A stretch of DNA of 63,200 bases, the filler included, from Octopus bimaculoides (taxonomy: Eukaryota): NCBI RefSeq assembly GCF_001194135.2. It is 5 parts of 5 records of this genome, joined end to end, with 100 filler letters (N's around TTAATTAATTAA, not from the genome) between each part and the next. Parts side by side here need not be neighbours in the genome. Positions count along the whole stretch, not along the records: positions 1 to 27,969 come from NC_068985.1; 4 more parts are not named here. One strand, given 5' to 3'. A program made the translations under genes and the position numbers. Positions within the stretch are counted from its first letter, which is position 1. Each line of letters begins with the position of its first letter. The notes below the pieces were generated by a model that worked only from the letters and a program-made list of their open reading frames with translations, made no database searches and was not told the origin of the DNA. This document shows, in pieces, positions 1-12,470 of this stretch.

Positions 1-909
1 CACATATATGCATACATACATATATAATACACACACATACATACACACACACACATATATGCATACATACATATACGATATACACACATATATATTTATG
101 CATATACATATATGCATATATATGCATACGTATAGTATATAAATACGCTGAAAGTAAAAGACAGGATATTGAAAGGGAAACCATATATGCAACTTCAACG
201 CGTATATGTTCCACGCTATAGTTATCCACGATTAAGTCTCAATCGGGTTGGGAATATTCCCTTCCATTATATTTTAATCAGTTAAGAGTATATGCATAAG
301 ATTAGTGCTAAAATAAGCATATGGGATATAAGACGCATATCAACGCACGCATTTCGGTATCTATTTTGATATAAACACGACCGTGAAATATATTATAATC
401 TCTATGGAGTCGTATTATATGAATTCCAATACGTGTTCATATATCGGCAAGTATATGCCTTTATAAGTATATGCGTGTATCAAAGTATATACGCCATGAA
501 TGAATATATGTTTATATATGTGCGAGGAAGCCTTTGATAAGGAATGTAGATCTCTAGATAAATATAGATAGATACACACAGGCAAATACCCGAGTGCACG
601 AATAAACTACACTATGTATTTATGTATCTGTGAATGTGTAGTTGTGCATCAATGAAGTGTATACGTATGTATATGTATGCATGTATATAACAGCTGTAAG
701 ACTTTATCCATAAAACATATATTTCTAACTTTGCCATTGGTCTCTTTATCCTTTTCTCTCTTTATACATACACACGCTAATACACGACTTATGTTATATT
801 CTCCACTCATGTTTATACAACGAAAGGGGCAAAACTAGCCGGTATAGAGCACTTACTTGGTATTACCTGTATCTTTGGGTTTGATTGAATGTAATACCCT
901 TCATAACAT

Positions 910-965
<56 letters not shown>

Positions 966-1300
966 TAAGTGTGTGTTTATTTGTTTACTAAAAGGACAAT
1001 AATAACAATATACAAGCACATGTGACATATGTCATATCAGTTATTTAAAAAATTACACATAGTGACAGAAAATGGGATGGTGTCTTACAGCTGTTTTAGT
1101 CAAGAGGTGACATGCCTCATTCTATATTTATCTCTCTAGTAGACTGAAGTAATTGATAGATGGAATAGATGAAATAGAGGTACATGTATGATTCTCTAGG
1201 CCTCTTCAGAGATTTTATAAAGTTCATAAGTTTAAGTAGAGATATAAAGATATAAAAATTTTAAAACGTAAAAACACACATATATATGAANNNNNNNNNN

Positions 1301-1364
<64 letters not shown>

Positions 1365-1375
1365 GTACATGCATA

Positions 1376-1665
1376 CAAAATCAGAAAATAAAAACGCCAC
1401 GGCACGAATGTACAATTATATCCACACATATAAAATGAACGTTGTAATCAATAAGGAATGCGGGAAATAATGCGACATCAATTTGTTTGAGAAGTAGACA
1501 AGACACTAGCACGTAATCGATAATGTCACACTGAGGAGATAAACGCTTCTGCGAAAATGATTGATAGATCATTGATAGAATTGTATAGATAATTAGGGAA
1601 TAATTTAAATAGTTGACTTATTATAATTGAACGAATTCAAAGACAACAATTGCGGGCGAAACATC
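1376..1665. repeat. Diverged ~290-bp interspersed element, copy 1
   Basis: Collinear similarity with 12174-12470 (e.g. acggcacgaatgtacaattatatccacacatataaaat vs acggcacaaatatacaattatttccacatatataaaac). Confidence 0.75.
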
Positions 1666-2596
1666 AGAGGCCCAAGTTAGGTTTAAATAGGTGTGTGAGT
1701 GTGTGTTTGCACGCGCATGTGCGTGTGTGAATATGTGTGTGTGCTTGTACGTGTATCGGTGTGCGTATATAATATAGATAATATATATATATATATATAT
1801 ATANNNNNNNNNNNNNNNNNNNNNNNNNNNNNNNNNNNNNNNNNNNNNNNNNNNNNNNNNNNNNNNNNNNNNNNNNNNNNNNNNNNNNNNNNNNNNNNNN
1901 NNNNNNNNNNNNNNNNNNNNNNNNNNNNNNNNNNNNNNNNNNNNNNNNNNNNNNNNNNNNNNNNNNNNNNNNNNNNNNNNNNNNNNNNNNNNNNNNNNNN
2001 NNNNNNNNNNNNNNNNNNNNNNNNNNNNNNNNNNNNNNNNNNNNNNNNNNNNNNNNNNNNNNNNNNNNNNNNNNNNNNNNNNNNNNNNNNNNNNNNNNNN
2101 NNNNNNNNNNNNNNNNNNNNNNNNNNNNNNNNNNNNNNNNNNNNNNNNNNNNNNNNNNNNNNNNNNNNNNNNNNNNNNNNNNNNNNNNNNNNNNNNNNNN
2201 NNNNNNNNNNNNNNNNNNNNNNNNNNNNNNNNNNNNNNNNNNNNNNNNNNNNNNNNNNNNNNNNNNNNNNNNNNNNNNNNNNNNNNNNNNNNNNNNNNNN
2301 NNNNNNNNNNNNNNNNNNNNNNNNNNNNNNNNNNNNNNNNNNNNNNNNNNNNNNNNNNNNNNNNNNNNNNNNNNNNNNNNNNNNNNNNNNNNNNNNNNNN
2401 NNNNNNNNNNNNNNNNNNNNNNNNNNNNNNNNNNNNNNNNNNNNNNNNNNNNNNNNNNNNNNNNNNNNNNNNNNNNNNNNNNNNNNNNNNNNNNNNNNNN
2501 NNNNNNNNNNNNNNNNNNNNNNNNNNNNNNNNNNNNNNNNNNNNNNNNNNNNNNNNNNNNNNNNNNNNNNNNNNNNNNNNNNNNNNNNNNNNNNNG

Positions 2597-2875
2597 ACAC
2601 TTTTTCATGCAGCTATCCTCATCCATTCTCACCACATGTCTATACCAGCGCAATCGTCTCTCTTGCACACCACAACTGATGCTTCTTATGTTCAGCTTTT
2701 CTCTCATGATACTTACACACTGACGGGTATGCACACTGACATTACACATCCAGCGGAGCATACTGGCTTCATTCCGTGCGAGCTTACGCATGTCCTCAGC
2801 AGTCACAGCCCATGTTTAACTGCCATGTAGCATGGCTGTTCGTACACAGGCGTCATACAGTCTGCCTTTTACTCT
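2597..2875 (-). mobile_element. RTE-clade LINE 3' fragment
   Basis: Translates to MLRWMCNVSVHTRQ...MREKLNIRSISCGVQERRLRWYRHVVRMDEDSCMKKC, the typical RTE post-RT region. Confidence 0.85.
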
Positions 2876-2895
2876 GAGTGAGAGTCCCTTTCTCG

Positions 2896-2941
<46 letters not shown>

Positions 2942-3214
2942 GTGTGCGCTGCTATGTACGAATGCGTTTTTACAAGCGTGTTTCTTTGTATATTTTTGCA
3001 TATTTATGTTAATGTTTTCACTTTTAGTTTCTTAATTTATTAGCTTTTATATATAATCGGTCTTATTTCCTTTGTGCTTCAATTCGTTCGTTGTTGTTTA
3101 TTATTTAATTATTTACCTCCTTTAATATTAACTTTAATTCCTATATAACTTCGTTTGTAGTCTGTACGTACGTACGTATGTAAGCATATATGTATGTATA
3201 TGTGTATGTGGGCA

Positions 3215-3374
3215 CGGGCATATGGCGTAGTGGTTAAGAGCGTGGGCGACTAACTCCAAGATTCCATGTTCGATTCCAAGAAATGACATGAACAATAATA
3301 ATATTAATAATAATAACATCGAAAAATACCTTAGGAATGAGAACCCATGTTCGAAATTTCCCCAAGACACCTGA
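3215..3374 (+). mobile_element. tRNA-derived SINE, truncated inside the hammerhead core
   Basis: A box TGGCGTAGTGG (3223-3233), B box GTTCGATTCC (3268-3277), an (AAT)n stretch, then about 50 bp matching 9078-9130 and ending at agacacctga. Confidence 0.7.
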
Positions 3375-3529
3375 AACATGATATTGCCAAATTGTCCAGC
3401 AGATTGTTTCGTGTGTTATATGGATTGGTGCAGAATGTCTTCTGCTCTGCTTGACGTTTGGCAGAACCACGATGCAAACAAGATTATGATAATTTATACA
3501 CACCCAAAGGATTATCCTTGACACATTGT

Positions 3530-4900
3530 GACGTCTTTTGATTATTATGTTTCTTTTTATCTCACGTTTTCTTGGAAATTCTAGAGTCTTACATCCGTAG
3601 GAGGCTTCCTGCCTTCAGCCTACGGTACCGTGCTATTTGTTCTTTTCAGTTACCTAATACTTTCCTGATTATTCTGGTCATGCCAAAGAGGCAAAACTTT
3701 TGTAGCAGTTCTACTGGACACTCTATTACGATTTCCTTTATATTCCTCTTGTTACTTTCTGATACTGTCCCCAACGGCCTAAGAATGATTGGCATTATCT
3801 TCACCTTTTTTTCTCTTCCATACTAGGGTTCATATTTAAGAGGGTTGTATTTTTTTTCCATAACAAGTTTCGTACTTATGAGGGTTGTATTCCTTCTTGG
3901 TTATTCATGGGTTGAAAGGGTTGCAACATCAATTATATGGCAAGTGGTCAAGTCTATAATATTTTAGCCCCTGATAGTTTTGGATTAGGAAATACTAGAG
4001 GATTTGGCAAGTCCCCGACTACGCCACTATCTGTGCTTTTCTGCCCATGACGCGTCTTTCTCCCACTTTTGGCATGTTTTCTAATGTTGCACTCTCGCTA
4101 CTTCATATTATCGCCACACCTTATAGTGGATTCGGGCAAGTCAAGGGCATTTATTCGTGATAAGGATTCTATTACAAATGCGGCAGAGCGGAGACAATTG
4201 ATCATTTCTAAATTTGGCCCACTTATTTGGAGCTAATGCTTGCCCTTGCGTTGCCACTATGGTGCTCGCAACCTCTTTTTTCAGTGTTCGTTTCTTCAGC
4301 CATTCCTACCTATTTTTCAGCAACATCAATTATGTCTGCATGGACCCGATTGTATAGTCCTTTGTTGCCTAACGCTTCTTCATACCCTCTTTGCTTTCTT
4401 TGTTTTTTCCTTTTTCCACTGCTTTCAATAGTCTCTCATTCCTAACTAACACAAGCAAATATTCCTTACCTTGGAATAGGTATCTCATTAAGCACCCAAG
4501 TTCCATACATCTGCAGTCTTCCATATTTATCAATCCCCCTCGTCCATTTGCTCTCTTCAAATATAGGGGATAAATGTCTGAACGTGTATGATGGGCTCTA
4601 TGCATCAATAGGAACTCTCTTGTCATTTCTGTCCAACTCCCATAGCTCTTCCTCTGTCCATTACATGATTCCAGTGCTACATGGAACCATTGCGACTGGA
4701 TTACTCTCCCTCGGTTGTTCACTTGAAAAGGAAATTTTAGCGCAGAGAGGGACGTGCGATATTCGAGTGAGTTTATTAAAAGGTGGGTGAAAGTTGCGAA
4801 AATAGCAAGAGTGGATTCTACCTTTCTAAGTGTAAACCTGTGAGTCAGAGACAAGGAATTGGAGAGGGCGCTTGCTCCTAGGGTTTCCGGTAAATATCGG
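3530..4900 (-). mobile_element. R4/Dong-like (restriction-like endonuclease) non-LTR retrotransposon relic
   Basis: HTRSDIYPLYLKRANGRGGLINMEDC (RLYL.R..GGRGL motif) followed by C-terminal VKIMPIILRPLGTV...VELLQKFCLFGMTRIIRKVL*; many stops. Confidence 0.75.
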
Positions 4901-5689
4901 ACAGTAGAGTTCCTCGATTATCCCTAGAGGACTTCCTGTATCAGGAATACCACGTCTTTATCTTCCTCCTCGACATTTTTTAAACCTTTGTTAGCTATGC
5001 AAATGCAAATGTCTCTTTTTTTTCAGTATATACCGTGTATAATTACTTTTTTTCTAATATTTCATTATTATATGCGGTCGTGCTTGCTTCTGTAGTGAGT
5101 GCGTGAGTTTTTTAATCCCCGTCCCCTCCCCCGGCGTCCGTTAAATTCTTATTAATTCAAGTCAGCCAAAAATTGACTTTCTCTATGTTAATGTTCGTTG
5201 TGTGTAACTTTGAATTTTTATATATTTGAATGTTAGTGTATAGAACTATATATATTTATAGCTCCTTAAAGTAGATTGTTTAAAGACATGAAGAATTCCA
5301 AATAGCATATATTTGAAATAATGTTTCTTGTTCTCTGTTCAGAAACTAATATGTGCAGATGGCATTATCTACCAGTTTCTGCATTAAAGTTTTCTTTAAT
5401 GACAACGTTTTAGATCATAAGCTTCCAGCAGCCTCCATATAATGCATAATTTTTTTTTCTGCACACTTCACGACAATAGATATGCATTCCTCCTTTTGAC
5501 TTAAATTCCTTTAATGATTAACTTTCACTGTAAACCTTTACCTCAATTCTATGTATAATACTGTGTGTGTTTAAGGTTCAGGGGTCTAAATAGTAATCCA
5601 TTCTACTGGAACTTTAGGTTTTCACAATTTTAAGTTCGGGTTTCCATAAGATGAATGTTCGTAGAATCCATCCAGTGAAATGTTTACAT

Positions 5690-6480
5690 TCACACTTCTC
5701 TTATGTGTCTGGCGAAAGATCTGTTATTTGATACAAGTATCCCCAGTCAAGTAGGGTATCGTAGTTTGAATATTCCGAGTGAAACGGAATATCTCACTTA
5801 TGCTTAGCCGATTGTTGAAAAGAAATTGTATCTTGAAGTTTGTCGTTTCGTTTGGGTTTAAAAGTTCTAAGTGGACTAAACCTTTCATATTCCACCAAAC
5901 AGTTAACAACATCTTACGTGGGTGAAAACCTTCTTTAGTCTGGGGTGCCGGTGTTTTCCTCCTCTACCCACTCACTTGAATGTTCGACATTTTTAAAGAG
6001 GACTCATTTCTCATCACCACTCACTTATCTGTCCAAAAATGGTTCATTCATGAGACGTGACAGCAAAGAAGACCCCAATTACACTCACTGCGCGCAAATA
6101 GACTGGGAAAGTTTGTGAGGAACCCTTTGACCCAATTTGCTGAATTTGCCGATGGCACGCAGATGCCGATAAATAGTTGAATGGCCAAATCCACACTTCT
6201 CTGCTAGTTCGTCAACAATTACGAGGAGATTTTGTTCTAGCAGGATTTGCAGGATGTCCTCGTCGAGCTCTACTGATCTTCCAGTACGAAATTCGTCTTC
6301 TAACCGGTAGTTTTCGTTTCGGAATTTCTGGAACCACCGTTCTCACTGGCTAATGCTTATTGTCCGATCCCCTTATACAGCATTAATATTCGTCTCACAT
6401 CCCGTTGTGTTGTTGCCTTCATTAAACTCATAACGGAAAATATGCCGAAAATGCGCTTTTATCATTTCGATTATAACTTT
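5690..6480 (-). mobile_element. Mariner transposase relic
   Basis: MLLTVWWNMKGLVHLELLNPNET resembles the mariner ML.VWW..KG.V..ELL...ET motif; frameshifted. Confidence 0.75.
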
Positions 6481-6662
6481 GGAAAATAATTGTTAAAATC
6501 TAGCTGCACTCTTCAAAATTGCACTATGAATAAGTACAAGGTACTATTAGTACCTGCTTTAATAGCAAGGTGATGCAGGTAGGTTAACCTGTTCCCCAAT
6601 GACATTTTGTTCATGCAATTTAAAAGAGCATTTCATTTATGTAATGACCCAATGCATAAATA

Positions 6663-6714
<52 letters not shown>

Positions 6715-7368
6715 AACAAACAAACAAACAAACAAACAAACAAACAAAGTTCCTGCTCTGAGTACACGACCGTATGTTCCGAAAGTGGATTATACAGAAC
6801 GAAATTATGTTCATTGAAAGTAATTTTTGAAGAGAGGTTGTGTTTCGTAGAGAAGTTTTATACACATAAGAATTGATTAGAATAATCTAGAATTATAATA
6901 ACTTTTACAACATAAAAAAACAAACTCCTTATCACTTTTGCGTTCTGCATTGATAGAATATTTCCACTATTTCTTCCTGTGGGAATTTTACCTGTTATAA
7001 ATAACACTTTACAATTTTTTTCTCTAAAAATACTTCCTAAATTTTTTCCCAACTATATGTGGTTAGTTTGTCTATTATAATTATGACAGTAGTTGTGCAT
7101 TATGAATCATGAACAATTTTTTTATATACCGATACAGCATTTGGAATTGTGAAATAACTCCATTCTTTTTTATTTTCTTCTACCAAGTGAGCAAATAATA
7201 AGATTTGAGAAAATATTCAGAATTAACAAAAACATTCTGATTTATGTACATAATTACATTTGGCTATAGATATCCATAAAAATTAAGGAAACTGCTGTCT
7301 TTACATATTTGTGTTTTTTTATTTATTCTCATAGCTTATATTAATTCGCATCGGAATACTTGTCTATA

Positions 7369-7446
<78 letters not shown>

Positions 7447-7552
7447 ATATCATATTATCTGTATGTATCTATGTATACATATACGTGCTTGTGCATATGC
7501 ATATATACACATCTATATATGTGTTTATGTAAGTTTGTATGTATGTATGTAT

Positions 7553-7597
<45 letters not shown>

Positions 7598-7822
7598 CAT
7601 ATATATAATCATAGTCCATCAGATTAGGAGATATATTTCAAAAATATTTACTCACGAATAAATAAGATACCTCCGTTTGATGTAGACGAAGATGGAGAAA
7701 ATAGCTTAGAATTGAGGAGCAATGCATAAAGTATGAAGAAGAAATCAAAACGATAACTAGATGTCTTGGCGTCCTTGCAAGTGTATGCTTGCGTTTGTGG
7801 GTGTGTTATTTGTATATATATA

Positions 7823-7853
<31 letters not shown>

Positions 7854-8062
7854 NNNNNNNNNNNNNNNNNNNNNNNNNNNNNNNNNNNNNNNNNNNNNNN
7901 NNNNNNNNNNNNNNNNNNNNNNNNNNNNNNNNNNNNNNNNNNNGTAGGCTCGGAACGTTAAAGACTTTTTCAGTTCCCGAGCATTATACTAATACATATG
8001 TTTTTTTTTCTACATCACATGTCTTGGTCTGTTATTTTATTTTATTTTTTGTGAATTCTCCC

Positions 8063-8129
<67 letters not shown>

Positions 8130-9120
8130 ATACATACATATATATATATATATATACATATATATTCTATCCGTAAGGAACTTTATCTCCCTTGTCAGCT
8201 TATTACGATAGTGCTCTTGTATCTGTCGTTTTGACTCTTATTTCTAGCAATGCCGGTACTTACTTTACGCCCCCTGTCGCTTTAATGGCGTCTACATATA
8301 CATATATATGTGTGTTTCTTTGTGTGTGTATGTATATTGGATATGAAATATATACAGTAATATATTCAAAACAACACGACAAAATTATATGATATTAAAC
8401 ATTTTAGAAAAATATTAATTTTATATGCACGACCTTATGCAGAAGAAAAATGTATCATTCGCAGCAGAATTATTCGAAGATTGCCGGCAGAATTTACTAA
8501 ATTCCTTTATAAATCATTAGAAAGAAATAAATTGTTCAGATAAAAACTATGCGGTAATATATTACTTTGAATGTACAATTGTATTTAATTTCTTTGGGTG
8601 GCATTGGGAAAGAAGTGGTTAGTAGCGATTCTAACGTTTTATAGATACATGCAATTTTTTTATTTTCAGAATGGTGTTGTCGGAATCTGAATTTGGAAAC
8701 TACGCACTCGTAATTCTCATTGCGCATATTTCCCATTATTTACAATTCACTTTAAAAGAGGTTTGTATAAATAATATTTTTGTTTATTAAATCAGTTGCT
8801 CTAAAGCTAAGGCATCGAAATAATTGTTTTAGATAAAAACAATTGATTAATTTTATTCTGACGACTAAATGATTATGCATGCTTACTTTCTGCTGTATCT
8901 CGGGCCAGTCATTATGCCATTGAAAAATACGCACTTTTACCACTTTTACTTCTTTTATACTCCGTAATTCATGAATCGAATATTTGATTTGATAATTTTC
9001 GAAATGTGCTTTTGTTGCCAATTGTGTCCCGAACTATTCAATGACATGTCATTGATCAAACGGATTATCAAGTAAAAAAAACAACCTTAGGAATGAGAAC
9101 CCTGATACGAAATTTCCCCA

Positions 9121-9167
9121 AGACACCTGATGAAGGCTGGAGGGTATATCAGCCGAAATGTTGTGTT
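9121..9167 (+). ncRNA. Minimal type I hammerhead ribozyme motif within an interspersed repeat
   Basis: AGACAC-CUGAUGA-A-GGCUG-gaggguauau-CAGCC-GAAA-UGUU-GUGUU; stem II GGCUG/CAGCC and stem I GACAC/GUGUU. It has GAAAU where GAAAC would be expected, so the copy may be degenerate. Confidence 0.6.
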
Positions 9168-10204
9168 AACAACAAACAAGATGAGGACAAATATCCGTCA
9201 AATGTAAATAATGGACATAATTCCTCAACTCAGAAATGGATAACAAAAAATGACTTAAATTTAAGTATTAAGCCACTAGTTCTCTAGACTTTTATTCCCT
9301 TAATAAAATTGGATGGAGGTATCCAGAACCAGACACATTAAAAATAATCAAGAAATGTGGATTTCAAATTTTGGCACAACCTTAGCAAATTTTGTGTAAA
9401 TCAATTAGTATTTATTTTATCGAACCCGAAATGAAGGAATAGTCAACCTGGTCGGATTTTGAACTCAGAATGTAAGAACAACGAAATCCCCCTGCCCGAG
9501 GTTCTGATAATTCTGCCAGATCAGTGAAATATTATATAATATTTGGAGCACAAAGTGACTGAGTGACATGGCCGAAAATTTATATCAAGGTAACGATAAT
9601 AGTTTCATATAGATAAGCTTTCGCAGAAACATACATTACTTCCGTGACAAGACATTTTATGTGCGTTTGTTTGTGTGCGTGTGTTTGAAAAATTTATAGA
9701 AACCTCTTTTCTCATAGATTCTCCATCTTCATAATTAAATGCTTATAGACCAATAGATTTTTACGAAACATTAGGTGTTTAGAAATCATGAAACTACCAT
9801 TCAAGAGTTTGTTGTCCAATATGTAGAAAGAGCTTCTGAACTACGAAAATACCCCCACAACCCCCATATCCACCAACAGTAAATGTATATATTTATAGTG
9901 TGTGTGTGTGTGTGTGTGTGTATTTCTAGATGTGGCCAGTTCACATTAATCTGTAAGGAGCTTAGGGGTGGATTCTCTTGCCTATATACCCCACCCTGCC
10001 TGCAAAGGATGCTGGTTCGTCGTTGAATTGCTCATTTGTAGCAGTTAACTGAACTGGAAGAACGTTAAGTGAGATACTTTTCTCAAGACCACAGTATGTC
10101 ACACGGCCCAGGTATCGGAGACATTCTTACAAACCTGCGTCCAATACCCTAACGATTAAGACTTACACACGCTTATATAGAGATACACAAGTATATATAC
10201 ACGC

Positions 10205-11330
10205 TGATGGGTAAAAAAGTAGCCACTACCTATGCAACATTCGTAATTCTTAGAGGACGAACTCTATTCTAAATTACCAGAAAATTTTACTTACAATATT
10301 CGTTTCCACAATGATCAATTGGAAACAATAAAAAACAATAATTAGATGACCGCTTCATATCTTGAAGCAAAAATTTTAAAGACCTAAAAATCGTTCACCC
10401 ACTTTTAAATGACCTACATGTCTCAATAAAATCTTCTATAGAATAACTCATTAAGGAACTACCGATTTTCGACATAATTCTTATTAAAGAAAATGTCAAT
10501 GTCAAAACAATTCTTTTCTATAAACCAACACACAATAATACCCGATTTTTCATTCTTTCCATGTCTCACATGTAAGAGGAAACACACCTTTTAATAAGGC
10601 AAAACCAGTTTGCAATATAATAACGGATACAATATTGAAGAATAAAAAAATTGCAATAATTGATTTTTTTTAGAGGAAGCAAAAACTTCACTATTCTTCT
10701 TATCAAAGCAAAAAAAAAAAAAACGCCCAAACTACAGACTTCGAAAGAACAAACACAATCAAATATAAATGAGCGCGTATGCATTCCGTTTTTCTTCACC
10801 CATAAACCAAGAAACCACGACATTCTTGATACTGCTAAAAGTTATCTCCCAATTCTTCAACAGTCCTAAAAAATGAGCGGACTAATAACAGAATCAGAAA
10901 TAATATATACCAGACGCAAGCACCCAACTTAAAAATGCTTTTAACTAAAACTATATTTACAACAAAAGAATCAACCAAGTTTTCAGAAATCTCGTGAATC
11001 TCGTTTTGGAAGATAGATTATATTGAAGAAAATGAACAAATCACCTTTAACAATATTTTTGAAATGTATCCAAATAGGAATTGTAAATCTAGGAACCTGA
11101 TTAACTGTGTCGCTCGTCCAGAATACTACATTGAATAAAATGGCATTGGATTATATGAGATAGTAAAAGTACATATGCAACATATTAATGCATCCTCCAT
11201 TACAAATACAAAATGTAGTGAATATTTTTTCCACATTTTTTTTTTTTAATGTGGACAGAAAAAATGTACATTTTCGGAAAAACAAAGAAGAATATTTTAT
11301 TCATAAATACAGAAAAAATTAAACGAAAAT
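10205..11330 (+). mobile_element. Penelope-like element relic (RT plus GIY-YIG endonuclease)
   Basis: Fragments in the expected order: MGKKVATTYA, SIK.SIE..ELPIFDI, YKPT, QAPNLKMLLTK, CKSRNLINCV..Y, VHMQHI; heavily disrupted. Confidence 0.7.
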
Positions 11331-12173
11331 AGTACCTAAGCTAGCGGAATTATTAATGCAACAATTTTGAATCCCCATGAAAGCATCAACCGAACACTGC
11401 CTCGGAAATCAAAGCTATGTATGCTATAAAATGTTTATGGACTATTTACCCCACAATTGTTTTTAAATATTCAGAGTCGTTTCCTATTTCTTTTATATGT
11501 GTGCGTGTGCATAAAATATATGTAGGGAATTGTGCATATACGTGTGTTTGTATGTGTGTGCATATATGTATGTGTATCTTTGTGAAGATGTATATATATA
11601 TGCAAGTATCTATTATCTATGTATGCATATAAATGTGTATGTCTGTATATATGTGTGTGTGTGTTCTTTGTGTGAGAGAGAGTATGTATTTCTGTCTATA
11701 CTTATTTTTGTATATTTGTTTGTATATATATACATCGGTGTGTGTAATCGAGATTTGTGATTATCTCCCTTTGTAATATGTCGCAATACTTAATTACCGT
11801 TATGTAAATATGGTAAATATGACATATTCTCTAGAGGCAGGGAACATTTTAATAAAAGAAATATTTACAATGTATGATATTTGACATATCTGTATTTCTC
11901 CCCATTTTACAGAGACAAAATACACGAATAGTTATTCAGAACACTTTTATATTTTGACACAAGACCACCAATTTTAAAGGAATTGGAGTGTCCATTACAT
12001 CAGCCAAAGTTTTCAAATTCTACTAGTTCTGTACTTGAAAAGACAAAAATGCAAAATCGACTTCACCGGAATTTGAACACAGAGCTTACGAAAATGCTGC
12101 TAAATATATTGGCCAACACGTTATCGATTCCATCAGCTCACTCCTTAAGCATTATCACTGATAATGAAACACA

Positions 12174-12470
12174 AAATCAGAAACCAATAAGTAAAACGGC
12201 ACAAATATACAATTATTTCCACATATATAAAACAAACACTCTAAACAATAAAGAATGAAGGAAATAACGATGAATCAATTTGTCTCAGAAGTAGAGTATA
12301 TACGAGCACGTTATCAATAATAATCACACTGCAGAGATAAACTCTTCTGCAAAAATGATTGATCTCTGAAGAAATTGTTGAAACAATCGTTTAGTTAATT
12401 AGAGAATAGCTTAAATAGTTGATTTATAATAATTGAATGAATTCAAAGTCAACAAGCAGACGCCCGACAT
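12174..12470. repeat. Diverged ~290-bp interspersed element, copy 2
   Basis: Same-orientation homolog of 1376-1665. Confidence 0.75.

Noticed and set aside
3215-3280. Possible tRNA gene
   Set aside because: A and B boxes are present, but there is no complete cloverleaf and the sequence continues into a repeat body, so it is a SINE head.
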